A stretch of DNA of 64,000 nucleotides. It comes from an uncultured Gemmatimonadaceae bacterium (GTDB taxonomy: Bacteria > Gemmatimonadota > Gemmatimonadetes > Gemmatimonadales > Gemmatimonadaceae). The stretch is from the NCBI GenBank assembly GCA_963761305.1, contig CAVXGK010000001.1, positions 672,001 to 736,000 of the forward strand, in the 5' to 3' direction. Made by a program: the position numbers and the translations under genes. Every line of letters starts with the position of its first letter. Position 1 is the first letter of the stretch. Below the pieces are notes generated by a model. It worked only from the letters and a program-made list of their open reading frames with translations. It searched no databases and had not been told where the DNA came from. This document shows, one piece after another, positions 51,001 to 60,695 of the stretch.

Positions 51001-52101
51001 CTCGTATCGCTCGAGCATGACGAGCGAATCAAACAGCGACGCGGCCGCGGGCACCGGGCTTCCCTGTTTGATGTCGACGAGCGGCACGTGCTCGTGACCG
51101 CGCAACACGACCCACTCGTCGCGCACGCGACGCAACCATTCGACGACCGACAGTTCCTGATCCACGGCAACCCGAATAGGAATGGTGGCGAGGAAGAGCC
51201 CGACCATCTCGTTCGCGCCGGGGATCGTGCGGCCTCGGGTGCTCTCGGCGACGCCGAACACGACCTCCCGCTCGCCGTTGTGCCGCGCCAACAAGAGCGC
51301 CCAGGCGGCGACGACCAGCGATTCGACCGAGAGCTGCTGTCGCGCCGCGAGTGCGCGGAGGTCGTCCGTTGCCGATTCCGACAAACCGACGCGCGCTTCG
51401 TCGAACGGGTCGCTCGCCGGTTCGACCGGTTCGGCGTGCGGAAGCGGCGTCGTGGCGGTGAATCCGGCCAGCTTGGCGCGCCAGAAATCGCGAGCGACTT
51501 CTCCGTTCTGCGCGGCGATCCAATCGACGTACTCTCGATACGGCGTCTCTTTCGCCGGCCCGGTGCCGGTCGCCGAGCCGGAATCGTACGCCGCGAAGAC
51601 GCGATCGAGAATGATCTCGCAGGATCTGGTGTCGAACAGGATGTGGTGAAACGTCCAGACCATCTGGAATTCCGTTTCGCCGAGCTGGAAGAGCGACACG
51701 CGCGTGGCGGGCGCGGCGGCGAGATTGAAGCCCTTGCGGCGGTCGTCGCGGATGAATTCCCGGATCTGGGCGACGCGATCACCGTCGGCCAGGTGACGAA
51801 GGTCGTGAACCTCGAAGGGCAGGCGCGTGCCGTCGTCGATGTACTGCGCCGGCGACGCGAGGCCTTCCCAGGCGAACGCGGTGCGCAACGCCGCGAACTC
51901 CGAGACGACCCGCCGCCAGCTCGCCTCGAGTCGCGCCGGATCGATCGTCTCGTGGAGTTCGGCGACGACCTGCTCGATGTCGGTTCCCGAATGGCGGTCG
52001 CGGAGCCAATGAAAGAGCATCCCCTCCTGAATCGGAGAGAGGGGACACGAGTCGCCGTGCGTGCCGGTCGACGCGAACCGGAAACGGTCCGTCGCCGTCA
52101 C
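48061..52101 (-). CDS. Single-module NRPS C-A-T-TE (Thr-type A domain, Cys-type TE)
   Basis: [18 protein letters not shown]; code DFWNIGMVHK; LGGHS; GYCAGG; GTG start overlaps the capA stop. Confidence 0.95.
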   Translation of the reverse strand: MTATDRFRFASTGTHGDSCPLSPIQEGMLFHWLRDRHSGTDIEQVVAELHETIDPARLEASWRRVVSEFAALRTAFAWEGLASPAQYIDDGTRLPFEVHDLRHLADGDRVAQIREFIRDDRRKGFNLAAAPATRVSLFQLGETEFQMVWTFHHILFDTRSCEIILDRVFAAYDSGSATGTGPAKETPYREYVDWIAAQNGEVARDFWRAKLAGFTATTPLPHAEPVEPASDPFDEARVGLSESATDDLRALAARQQLSVESLVVAAWALLLARHNGEREVVFGVAESTRGRTIPGANEMVGLFLATIPIRVAVDQELSVVEWLRRVRDEWVVLRGHEHVPLVDIKQGSPVPAAASLFDSLVMLERYELGRRLRSKGGAWERRSVATAGQPGYPLALTAYDGDALTLKLDYDTRQFDRQAVHRLLGHLTTILGGWASNADRAVWQVPMLTEPERRRVLYEWNDTPVQYPQSACIHELFEARASLRGDAVALVHEGTSLTYAQLNQRANRLAHHLRRRGIGPDVLVGVSVERSVEMVVGLLAVLKAGGAYVPLDPAYPPERLAFMLRDSAPAMVLVHGAGASLATESVPVLDLADESAWAEEATTNPPRDGGTSRNLAYIIYTSGSTGTPKGVMVEHANVTRLLTATEAWYHFGPEDVWTLFHSYAFDFSVWEIWGAFAYGGRLVVVPQQTARAPQEFYQLLCDEGVTVLNQTPSAFRQLVAAQEESEQQRHALRYVIFGGEALEMATLRPWYERERNASAQLVNMYGITETTVHVTYRPLQPVDALRAGASPIGKRIPDLQIYILDSHREPVPVGVEGELFVGGAGVARGYLNRPELTAERFVDDPFHAGGRMYKTGDTGRFLADGSIEYLGRNDDQVKIRGFRIELGEIENVLAAQAGVREAVVVAREDTPGDKRLVAYVVAEADILDASALRAALKSRLPEYMVPSAFVQLERLPTTPSGKIDRRALPAPTGAEATVKRTIVGPRTYLERQMADVWESVFKMSPISVTDSFWDLGGHSMLAVRLMARIAQAFGKRIPLNTLFEAPTVEQLAKHLEDDSRVHGRHTLVPARVTGARPPLYWIPGGAALGMFSLKHLVPALGDDVPVYGLGSAFPNTVEDVERVEERAAEYLSLIRRVQPHGPYFFVGYCAGGVIAFEMAQLLLRENEQIGLLGMINCSLPGVPSGRVEKIRFKVQRLRHQLQEAKQQGIGFVGYFRDRQKRMNAHRAEQERVSRATERVRREGFKDNGEHQYRVVLELTDRAIERYQVRQYPGPVSLFVSDDPSLRGVGANLDPRLAWDRVATRRDVYVCEGNHESVLGLPYALSLASRLRSALESAWAELSESRP

Positions 52102-53186
52102 TCGGCACCTCCCAACGCCGCGCGAACCTTGTTGCGCACGGTTCGTCCGACGAGTTGGCCGAGGGCCGCAGGGGGCACGCGCCAGATGCGCATCAGGGCG
52201 TAGGGATACACCGCGCGTCGTTGGTCGCGCCACGTTCGCTGGATCTCGCGCTCGTACTCGTCGGCCGAGAGGGCGCGAATTTGTTCGGCGCGGACGAGAC
52301 CTTCCTCGTGGGCGGAAACCGCAGGCTGATAATTCGTATCCAGGCGCGTGCTGCGAACGGTGGCTGCGACGACGGCGCCATCCGAGATCTCGGCGCACAA
52401 CAAGAGACCCCGGCGAAACGGCTCGTACCACACCATGTCGCCGACGCAGTTGCCGAGGCTGTACGCGATCACGCCGTCTCGATAGCGCTCCACGGGTCGA
52501 GCGACGTGCGGATGATGTCCGAGCACGAGCGTTGCGCCGGCGTCGATCACCGATCGCGCAAACGTCGTCTCGTCGACGGATGGAACGGGGACGAACTCCT
52601 CGCCCCAATGCAGCGACACGATCACCACGTCCGCGTCGCGCCGCAGTCTCGAAACGTCGGCGCGAATCTCGTCCGGCGATCCTTCCGCATACGGAGGTTC
52701 GTCCGCGCTGTACTGTCGCGGTCTCAGGCAATACGCGAGAATGCCGACGTGCACTCCTTTGACGACCAGAGTCGCGGGCTCGCTGGCCCACGGCCGCGTG
52801 CCGCGGAGGCCGCACGGCGTGATGCCGGCCGCGCGCAACGACGCGACCGAGGCATCAAACGCGTCGACGCCGTGTTGGGATGCGTGATTGTTGGCGACGT
52901 TCAGGACCGAGAATCCCGCCGCGCGCAGCATCTGCGCAAACCGCGGATCTCCGCGCAGTTGTCGCGACGCCCAACTCGAGGTCGCCGAACTACGCGACGA
53001 GAGCGGCACTTCGAGATTCCCGAAGACGACGTCGCCCTGTTGCAGCGACGGTCGAAGTCCGGCGAGCACGCCATCGAGATCGGAGCCGGAATAGCGACTC
53101 CCAAACCCGAATCCGACCGATGTCGGAGAGTCCCCGAGCTGCAGATCGCCGGCGGCGACGACGCTAAGCGATGTGGCCAGACTCAT
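52098..53186 (-). CDS. CapA/PGA_cap family metallophosphoesterase-fold protein
   Basis: AGD, GNLE, VANNH, SLHWGEE, GHHPHV, YSLGN. Confidence 0.9.
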   Translation of the reverse strand: MSLATSLSVVAAGDLQLGDSPTSVGFGFGSRYSGSDLDGVLAGLRPSLQQGDVVFGNLEVPLSSRSSATSSWASRQLRGDPRFAQMLRAAGFSVLNVANNHASQHGVDAFDASVASLRAAGITPCGLRGTRPWASEPATLVVKGVHVGILAYCLRPRQYSADEPPYAEGSPDEIRADVSRLRRDADVVIVSLHWGEEFVPVPSVDETTFARSVIDAGATLVLGHHPHVARPVERYRDGVIAYSLGNCVGDMVWYEPFRRGLLLCAEISDGAVVAATVRSTRLDTNYQPAVSAHEEGLVRAEQIRALSADEYEREIQRTWRDQRRAVYPYALMRIWRVPPAALGQLVGRTVRNKVRAALGGAE

Positions 53187-53213
53187 CGGACGAGTGCCCC
53201 CCAAAGGCACGTC

Positions 53214-55072
53214 TCACTGGCGTATTGACCCACCAAGGTAATGCTCGGCCCATACGAACACATTACCCAAGAGCCAAAGCGCTTCCCCGCGATCGCGGGT
53301 CCCCCGAACGTGTTCGTCGACCACTCGCTGGAGCGTGGGCCGGTCGAACAGATCCGCGGCCGGGTGGTCCGGATCGCGGAGTTTCGTGAGGAGCGGAGCG
53401 AAGACAGGGGAACGGAACCAAGCGTCGAGCGGAATGCCGAACCCCGACTTCGCACCGCGCGTGATGGCCGGACTGAGATATCGCTCCGCCACCCGCTTTA
53501 CGACTCGTTTGTTTTCTCGGCCCGAGAGCTTGTACCGCCCTGCGACACTCACGCCCCACTCGACGAGCGGGATGTCGAGGAACGGAACGCGGCCCTCGAG
53601 GCTCGTCGCCATCGACATTCGGTCGATGCGGTCAAGCGCGCAGCACAGGTAAGTCAGCAACTCGTATCGAGACAACGTGGCCACGGGTCCGGCGTCCGAT
53701 CGCGCCAGCTCGAGCAGGGAGCGACGCTCGTCGAACGCGGCCCCGATGGGGTTGGCTGAAAGGCGCGCGGCGAGATCCGGGCTCACATACGCGGAGTTGA
53801 GCAGGATCGCGTCATCCAGCCCCTGGCGGAGACTGCTCGCCAGCTTTGCCGGACGGTGCCCGGGCCCGGCCGCGATGGCTCCGGCGAGCGCGGTGCGAAT
53901 CACGCCGGGGAGTGGCTCGGCGACACCGCGCCAGCGCGCGATGTGGTAGCGCGGATAGCCGCAAAACAATTCGTCGGCGCCTTCGCCTGTGAGTATGACC
54001 GTCACGTACTGGCGCGCGAATCGACTCAACTGGTACAGGGGAATCGAGTTCGGATGGCTCAACGGTTCGTCATGATGGCGTACAAGGAAAGGCAACAGCC
54101 CCAGGAACTCGCTCGGTTCGGCGAACGACAGTATGATGGTCGGATTTGATGCGCGCTGCCGTGTCGGCCGCAGGCCCACGCTCGTCCCATGCCGGATCGT
54201 CGAATCCGACGGCGAAGGTCTGAAGCGTGTGTCGCGAGGCAGATGCCGCGTACGCGCTCACGAGCCCGGAGTCGACACCGCCGCTACAAAACGTGCCGAG
54301 CGGCACGTCGCTCATGAGCTGAGACTCGACCGCGCCACGAAGCAGGGGGTCGAGCGCCTCGGCCGCCTCGTCCAGGGATCCCGTCGACTGTTCGTCGGCT
54401 GGCGGGGCCCAATAGCGGGTGGGTGTGACGCGTCCGTGTTCGAAGACGGCGGTATGCGCTGGTGCGAGTCGCCGTATGCCGTCGAAGAACGTATTCGTTC
54501 CGGCGACATATCTGAAACACGAGGTATTCCTGCAGGCTCTCGCGACGCACACCGACGGGCACGCCGGCCGCGAGAATGGCCTTGATCTCGGAACCGAAAT
54601 ACAGCGTCCCGTCGCGAACGCAATAGAACAGCGGCTTGATGCCGAGGTGATCGCGCGCGAGCAGAACGCGGCCCCGCCGCACGTCGTGAAGCGCGAACGC
54701 GAACATCCCGTTGAAGCGACGGCACGAAGCCGTCACCCCACTCCTCGTAGGCGTGAACGAGGACCTCGGTGTCGCAGTGGGTCCGAAAGCAATGGCCCCG
54801 GGCTGACGAGATCGTCGTTGATCCGCGGGAAGTTATAGATCTCCCCGTTGTAGGTGACCCAGACCGTTCCGTCCTCGTTCGACAGCGGCTGCGCTCCACC
54901 GGCGAGGTCGATGATGCTCAGTCGCCGATGCGCGAGCGCGACGCCGCCCTCGACGTGCAGCCCCTCACCGTCGGGACCGCGATGTTCGAATGGCGTCTCG
55001 CATTCGGCGCACGATCGCGAGATCGATCGGCCGCGCCGAGTCGGAATGTGCCAGGCCGCAGATGCCGCACAT
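53214..55072 (-). pseudogene. asnB: Second AsnB-type amidotransferase with about five frameshifts (pseudogene or sequence error)
   Basis: MCGICG at 55072; HRGPD, NGEIYN, DTEV, FNGMFAFA, GIKPL, SGGVDSG, TGEGADELFCGY are spread over successive frames. Confidence 0.8.
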
Positions 55073-55115
55073 TAGCGGGCCTGCTTCTGGCCGTCGGCCG
55101 AGAAGGTCGTTCGTC

Positions 55116-56486
55116 TCATGACGTCGTCTCGTTGACGACCATGCGGAGCTTCCCGCGCTGCGTGCGGGGCATTGCGGTCACGCGCACGACGTCGACGCGC
55201 ATCGTCGGACCGAGCCGGTTGCCGAGCTCCCGGAGAAGGGTCGCGCGTTCGACGTCGGAGACTTCGCTCTCGGCGACATACTCGAGCCGCACGTGGTCGG
55301 CCGCGTCCTGGACGATGCGAGATTCCTGAAACGACGACACCGCTTTGAAGATCGGATCGAGTCGCCCGACTCGCCGGCCATCGGGCGTGATCACCACGTC
55401 GTCGGAGCGACCGACCAGAGTCGCGATGATGGGATAGGCGCGGCCGCATGCGCATCCCTCGTCGCCGAGGACCGCGAGATCTCCCGTTCGGTAGCGGATC
55501 AGCGGCATCACCGGATTGATGAAGCCGGTCGCCGTGATCTCCCCGATCTCGCCAGCGGCCGCCGGCGCGCCGTCGCGAAGCACCTCGACGATGCCGAACT
55601 CCGAGTTGACGTGATACGACCCGCGTTCGCATTGGGAAATGAACGCCGCCATCTCACCTCCTCCGTAGTGGTCGAACACGGGCGCACGAAACGCTTCCAC
55701 GAAGAGTCGACGCACCTCGACGGACAGGGTCTCGGACGACGTGATGACGGCGACGGGGCGAATGCTATCGATCCCGTGAGCGACGACGTGGCGCGCGATT
55801 GGTTCGAGGCTCGACGGGTAGCTGTCGATCAGGGCAGGTTTCCACCGCGACAGGTGCGCAACGTAGTCGGGAATCGTCGCGGCGCCGATGTGATAGGAGG
55901 AATACAAGACGGCGTTGCCGGCGGCGTTGTGCCGCCAGTAGGGCGGCCGCGTTTGATTCGGCCGCACGATCGTGCGTCCGGCGAAGGTCGCGACGCGCGC
56001 GCCGTCGGCCACCCCGGCCCATTCTCGCAAGCGCGCGAAAAAAGCGTAGTTGCGTTGGAGCGTCGGTCGATCGCAATAGACCGTGAGCGGCGTGCCGGTG
56101 GTACCTCCCGTGTGAACCTCGAGCAGCTTTCCTTTCCTGGACGTGTCGGACACAAAATCGGCGAGATGCCGCCGTACCTCGTCCTTGCTCACGGTGGGAA
56201 GTTCGCGGAGCTGCTCCAGATAACGCAGCGCCGATTTTCCCCCCGCGCGGAGCGGTTTGTACCACGGCACTGCCTCGGCGGCCGACTCGAGGGCCGCGTT
56301 GGCTCGGCCGAGCTGTAGTCTTTGAAGATCCGGCGCGGGCAGCCACTGCGTCTGTCGGAGCTCCGCCAGGGCAGCCTGGTGGACTCCCCCGTAACGCCGA
56401 CCACGCAGGGACAGTCCGTAGGCCGACAGGAGCGCGTTCTGCATCCAGACCGGAAGCCCAAAGTAGACTTGAGTCTGGAAACTCAC
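55116..56486 (-). CDS. Phenylacetate-CoA ligase-like / CapK-like adenylate-forming enzyme
   Basis: HTGGTTGTP, TSSE, DHYG..E, MPLIRYRTGD, GRSDD. Confidence 0.88.
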   Translation of the reverse strand: MSFQTQVYFGLPVWMQNALLSAYGLSLRGRRYGGVHQAALAELRQTQWLPAPDLQRLQLGRANAALESAAEAVPWYKPLRAGGKSALRYLEQLRELPTVSKDEVRRHLADFVSDTSRKGKLLEVHTGGTTGTPLTVYCDRPTLQRNYAFFARLREWAGVADGARVATFAGRTIVRPNQTRPPYWRHNAAGNAVLYSSYHIGAATIPDYVAHLSRWKPALIDSYPSSLEPIARHVVAHGIDSIRPVAVITSSETLSVEVRRLFVEAFRAPVFDHYGGGEMAAFISQCERGSYHVNSEFGIVEVLRDGAPAAAGEIGEITATGFINPVMPLIRYRTGDLAVLGDEGCACGRAYPIIATLVGRSDDVVITPDGRRVGRLDPIFKAVSSFQESRIVQDAADHVRLEYVAESEVSDVERATLLRELGNRLGPTMRVDVVRVTAMPRTQRGKLRMVVNETTS

Positions 56487-56663
56487 GGGCTCTTCCTAAC
56501 CGGGCAGGCAATGCGGCGCGGAGAAATCAAGGATGACCAACTCGACGGGTGGGAGGCGGCGCGGAGGGTGCTTGAGTTGACGAAAATGAATAAGCCCAGA
56601 AACGGGATTGTGCAGACCGGCGACGCTCTAAATCTCTCATTTTGCGCCTGATGCGCGCGACGA

Positions 56664-57926
56664 ATGAATCGTTACGACGGTCTTGTGGCCTCGGGCGTTA
56701 GCGAGGCGGTGGCGAATGAGAGGCCGCGCGTCCTGTATGTGTATCAGGGGGACTGGCCGCGCAACGCCACCCGGGTCCGGAAACAGACGCAGGCTTTGGC
56801 CAGCGCCGGTTATCACGTGCGCCTGTTGGCCGGCAATCCCCGCGCCAAGCCGCGACGAGAAGACGTTGGTTGGATGGAGGTTACAAGGCTTCCATCGTTT
56901 GGAAGCGGGCGAACCGGCAAGATGTTGGGGTTCCCCATATTTGCCAATCCCTTTTGGATCTGGCACATCTGGCGCGCCGCCAGACGATTTCAGCCGGACT
57001 GCATGATCGTGCGCGACCTTCCTCTGGCGCCGGCGGTCCTGAAGCTCGGCGAAGTGCTCGGCATCCCGGTCCACTACGAGATGGCGGACGTGTACCCGAT
57101 CGCCCTGCGGGCGAACCGCGCCGATCACCCCGGGCTGGCATCTCGACTGGCTCGGAACGCGACGGTCGCCGAGGCGCTGGACCGGAAGGTGATCCGACGC
57201 GCCGCGTCGGTCTTCGTCGTCTCCGAGGAATCGCGGGAACGTTGCCTGTCCCTCGGGGCGTCGCCCGCCGCCGTGTCCGTAGTGGGCAACACGCCGGCTC
57301 GGCCGACCGACCTGTCGACCGTCCCGCCGGTCCCCGATGACCTGAAAGGCTGGGAGGATCGGGTTGTGGTTCTGTTCCTCGGCAATCTCCTGGCGGACCG
57401 TGGGCTCGCCGTCGCGATCGATGCCATGGCGAGCGCGGTGCGGTCGAGCCCGCGTCTTGCACTCGCGATCGTCGGTGATGGACCCGAGGAGCGCGTGCTC
57501 GCCGAGCGAATCAAGGCACGCGATCTCAGCGACACCGTTCGCATGCTCGGTTGGAAGAGCCACGAGCATCACGAGGCGTACTACCGACACGCGTCGATTG
57601 GTCTGCTTCCATTCCTCAGGACTGAGCACATCGAAATCACGTTGCCGAACAAACTGTTCGACTACATGGGTGCCGCGCTCCCGGTGATCGCGACGGACGT
57701 GGCGCCGTTGCGACGGATCATCGACGAGACCGGCGCCGGCGTCCTCGTGCCCCCCGGCGACGCGGCGGCGCTGGCCGACGCGCTCGTAGGATTGGCCGCC
57801 GATCCCACGCGGCGCGGTGCGCTTGGCGCCGCGGGGCGCGCGGCGATCGAGAGCACCTACTCGTGGGACCGCGATCGTGCTCGAATGCTGCAGCAGATCC
57901 GGCGATCGCTCGGAGCCTGTCGATGA
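56664..57926 (+). CDS. Glycosyltransferase family 4 (paralog of 39852..41135)
   Basis: LYVYQGDWP, VRDLPLA, PNKLFDYMGAALPVIATD. Confidence 0.9.
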   Translation: MNRYDGLVASGVSEAVANERPRVLYVYQGDWPRNATRVRKQTQALASAGYHVRLLAGNPRAKPRREDVGWMEVTRLPSFGSGRTGKMLGFPIFANPFWIWHIWRAARRFQPDCMIVRDLPLAPAVLKLGEVLGIPVHYEMADVYPIALRANRADHPGLASRLARNATVAEALDRKVIRRAASVFVVSEESRERCLSLGASPAAVSVVGNTPARPTDLSTVPPVPDDLKGWEDRVVVLFLGNLLADRGLAVAIDAMASAVRSSPRLALAIVGDGPEERVLAERIKARDLSDTVRMLGWKSHEHHEAYYRHASIGLLPFLRTEHIEITLPNKLFDYMGAALPVIATDVAPLRRIIDETGAGVLVPPGDAAALADALVGLAADPTRRGALGAAGRAAIESTYSWDRDRARMLQQIRRSLGACR

Positions 57927-58726
57927 GCGGCCTCCAGAACGCCATGCCGTCGCGCGGGTTTCGCGTCGCGGTGCTCACGTGCGGCGATCTCGGAGTCGAA
58001 GTCGCGAACACGCTGCTTCACCTGGACGGCATCGAATCGGTCGCGGTGCTCAAGTCGCCGTGGCTTCGACGGCCGCTGACGCTGCGCCAGAAATTCCGAC
58101 ACGTCGTTCGCACGCAGGGACTCGGCGGGCTAGTCCACGTTGCGCGCGCGCGCGTGATTCCCGACCCCGCGCCATCGCACCCCGCGGCACGACCCGATCC
58201 ACGGGTCATGCTCGTCGAGGTCGACGACTTCCACTCGATCGCCGCCCGCGAGGCGTTGCGTCTGTTTCGATCCGACCTCGGCGTGGTGGCCGGTACCTAC
58301 ATCTTGCGCGACGGGGTGTACGACATCCCTCGTTGTGGTTCCATTAATCTGCACTCGGGCAAGGCGCCGCAATACCGCGGCGCGGCGCCGGCATTCTGGG
58401 AGTTGTACAACGGCGAGTCCGAGGTTGGAATCACCATTCATCGCGTGGCGGCGGCGCTCGACGCAGGGGACATGTTCAAACAAGAGACGTTCACGCTGAA
58501 TTCCGCTCCGGAAGGCGATCCGCTCGTGTACATCGATCGATACCGCCGCGAGGTGTTGCGGCCGAACGGGGTGCGGATGCTCGCCGACGTCGTGCGCGAG
58601 ATTGCCGCGGGAACCGCGGTCGCCACGCAGCAGGATCAGGATGCCGCAACCACGTATCGCGCACCGGACCACAAGGCGATCCTCGAGCTTCGATCGCGCG
58701 TCCGCCACCGCAGAGGCGCGGCGTGA
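57923..58726 (+). CDS. N-formyltransferase (Formyl_trans_N family)
   Basis: INLHSGKAPQYRG, GITIH, LDAGD. Confidence 0.85.
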   Translation: MSGLQNAMPSRGFRVAVLTCGDLGVEVANTLLHLDGIESVAVLKSPWLRRPLTLRQKFRHVVRTQGLGGLVHVARARVIPDPAPSHPAARPDPRVMLVEVDDFHSIAAREALRLFRSDLGVVAGTYILRDGVYDIPRCGSINLHSGKAPQYRGAAPAFWELYNGESEVGITIHRVAAALDAGDMFKQETFTLNSAPEGDPLVYIDRYRREVLRPNGVRMLADVVREIAAGTAVATQQDQDAATTYRAPDHKAILELRSRVRHRRGAA

Positions 58727-59499
58727 GTCGTCACATCAAGGCCGTGCTGGGGTTCATCGTTTTCGGGCTCGGACTCCACCGCGTTCTGTTTCGCGGAAAA
58801 GCCGTGATCGTGCTGTTTCACCGCGTCGACGATCGCTACGCGTCGGATGCCATCAGCTGTTCGGTCGACAAGTTCGACCAGTTCTGCACGTTCTTTCGCC
58901 GGTATTTCGAGGTCGTGCCACTCACGGTCCTGGTCGACAAGGTCCGCCGCGGCGAGGATGTCAGCCGACACCTCGTGGTGACCTTCGACGACGGCTATCG
59001 CGACAACCACGTGGTGGCCGCGCCGCGACTCAAGCGCGACGCACTCCCGGCGTGCTTCTTCATCGCCACCGACTTCATCGAAAGCGACCGGGTCCCCTGG
59101 TGGGACCGCGACGCGGGAATCGAGTCGGAGTGGATGAGTTGGGAGCAGGTCCGCGATCTCTCGGCCCAGGGGTTCGAGCTCGGCGCCCACACGTGCAATC
59201 ATGTCGATCTCGGGGTCGTCACGGGCGACGAGGCGCGGCACGAGATCGCGGACTCGGGCGAGCGGCTGACGACCGAAACGGGAAGTCGCGTGAGCCTGTT
59301 CAGCTATCCGTACGGCCGCCAGCATCAGATCACGGAAGCGAATCGACAGACGGTGCGCGACGCGGGATACGCGTGTTGTCTCTCGGCGTACGGCGGAAAC
59401 GTCACGCCAGAGTCGAGCCCGTACGAGCTACGCCGAATCCCGGTGTCGCAGTGGCACCTGAACGCGTATCAGTTCGGGTTCGAGGCGATGACGGCCTGA
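58723..59499 (+). CDS. Polysaccharide deacetylase (CE4)
   Basis: LFHRV, VTFDDGY, MSWEQV, GAHTCNH, FSYPYG. Confidence 0.9.
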   Translation: MSRHIKAVLGFIVFGLGLHRVLFRGKAVIVLFHRVDDRYASDAISCSVDKFDQFCTFFRRYFEVVPLTVLVDKVRRGEDVSRHLVVTFDDGYRDNHVVAAPRLKRDALPACFFIATDFIESDRVPWWDRDAGIESEWMSWEQVRDLSAQGFELGAHTCNHVDLGVVTGDEARHEIADSGERLTTETGSRVSLFSYPYGRQHQITEANRQTVRDAGYACCLSAYGGNVTPESSPYELRRIPVSQWHLNAYQFGFEAMTA

Positions 59500-59519
59500 C
59501 GCGGGTTTCGACGCCAAGC

Positions 59520-60695
59520 TTAGATGCCTAGCGAGCCAACCACGCGGACGAGGTTTTCGATTTGGTGGTCTCGCGTGAGCTGCGTTTCGATGCGCCGGCG
59601 CGCCGCCTGTCCCATGGCGTCGCGACGGGCGGGGTCGTCGACCAGATCGGTGATCGCCGTCCCGAGCCGAATCGAATCACCGGCCGGCACGACGATGCCG
59701 GTTGCCCCGTTCTCGATCGTCTCGGGCACTCCCTGGAGATCGCTCACGACGACTGGCAGACCCACGCCTGCATTTCCAGCGACGACATGGGGAACGAGTC
59801 CCATCCGCTCGACGGAATGCAACCGAGATAGCAGCCAGCCAGGAGCGCGGGGACGTCTGCGTGGTATCCACCGAAGGTGACGTGCCCGTTCGCCTCCGCC
59901 GCGAGATCGCGGAATCGCTCCGATTGGCCCTCTTCCTGGCCGAGAAACAAGAAATGAACGTCCGCCCGGGCCGTATCGCGCACGACGTGTCGGGCGGCTC
60001 GCATCAGCACATGAACGCCTTTGCGTTCGTCGAGATGGCCCATGTACACGACGATTCGGCGGTCTCTTGGAATGTCGAATCGCGAATACACAGCGTCGCG
60101 TGGACCCGCCGCAGGCCGAAACGCCCGCGGATCGACGCCGGTATGGACGATCGTCGTCGATGCACGAGCGAGACCGCGGCCACGGACCCCCAGGGCCTGC
60201 ATCGCTTTCGATTCGAAAATGAACAGACTCTGGTTTCGAGGGCCGCAGCAGCGCGACCTCGAGGGGCTTGAGAGCCAACTTTGGCCCGCGGTTGATCGAG
60301 CTCATTCGGCGCGCGGAATAGCTGATCACGCGTCCAACACCGGCTTGCCGGACCGCGGGCAAGAATGGCGCCTCGGCGTGCAGGTCGAGAGCGAAGACCG
60401 TAGCAATGCCGGAGGCGCGAACGTACGCGGCGAGACGCTCGACGTCGGCCGGCGTGGGATTCACCGAATCGAACTCCACGAATCGATCGAAATCCGGCGG
60501 CAGCGCTGGAGAGCGGCCGTCACGCACCTTGGTAAAGGCGAAGTGCACGCGCGTCGGATCGCCGGTCAGTCGGACGGCCATCTCGTAGAAGACGCCGATC
60601 AATCGGTGGATGGCAAAGCCGATGTTGATCCCGAACGGGATGACGATCAGCACAGGCCGATTCGACGCGTGACCCACCAGCGAGGCGGAGTTCAC
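59520..60695 (-). pseudogene. Glycosyltransferase family 4 with two apparent frameshifts
   Basis: HTGVD/GHLDERKG/DSFPMSSLE lie in one frame; the N-terminus and GLPVVVSD...GVPE lie in another. Confidence 0.75.

Noticed and set aside
52101..52815. N-terminal extension of the 1584-aa NRPS ORF
   Set aside because: It overlaps capA in another frame; similarity to the paralog starts near GTG 52101.
52098..53186. Poly-gamma-glutamate capsule synthesis
   Set aside because: Only a CapA-family gene is present; no CapB/CapC in the window.
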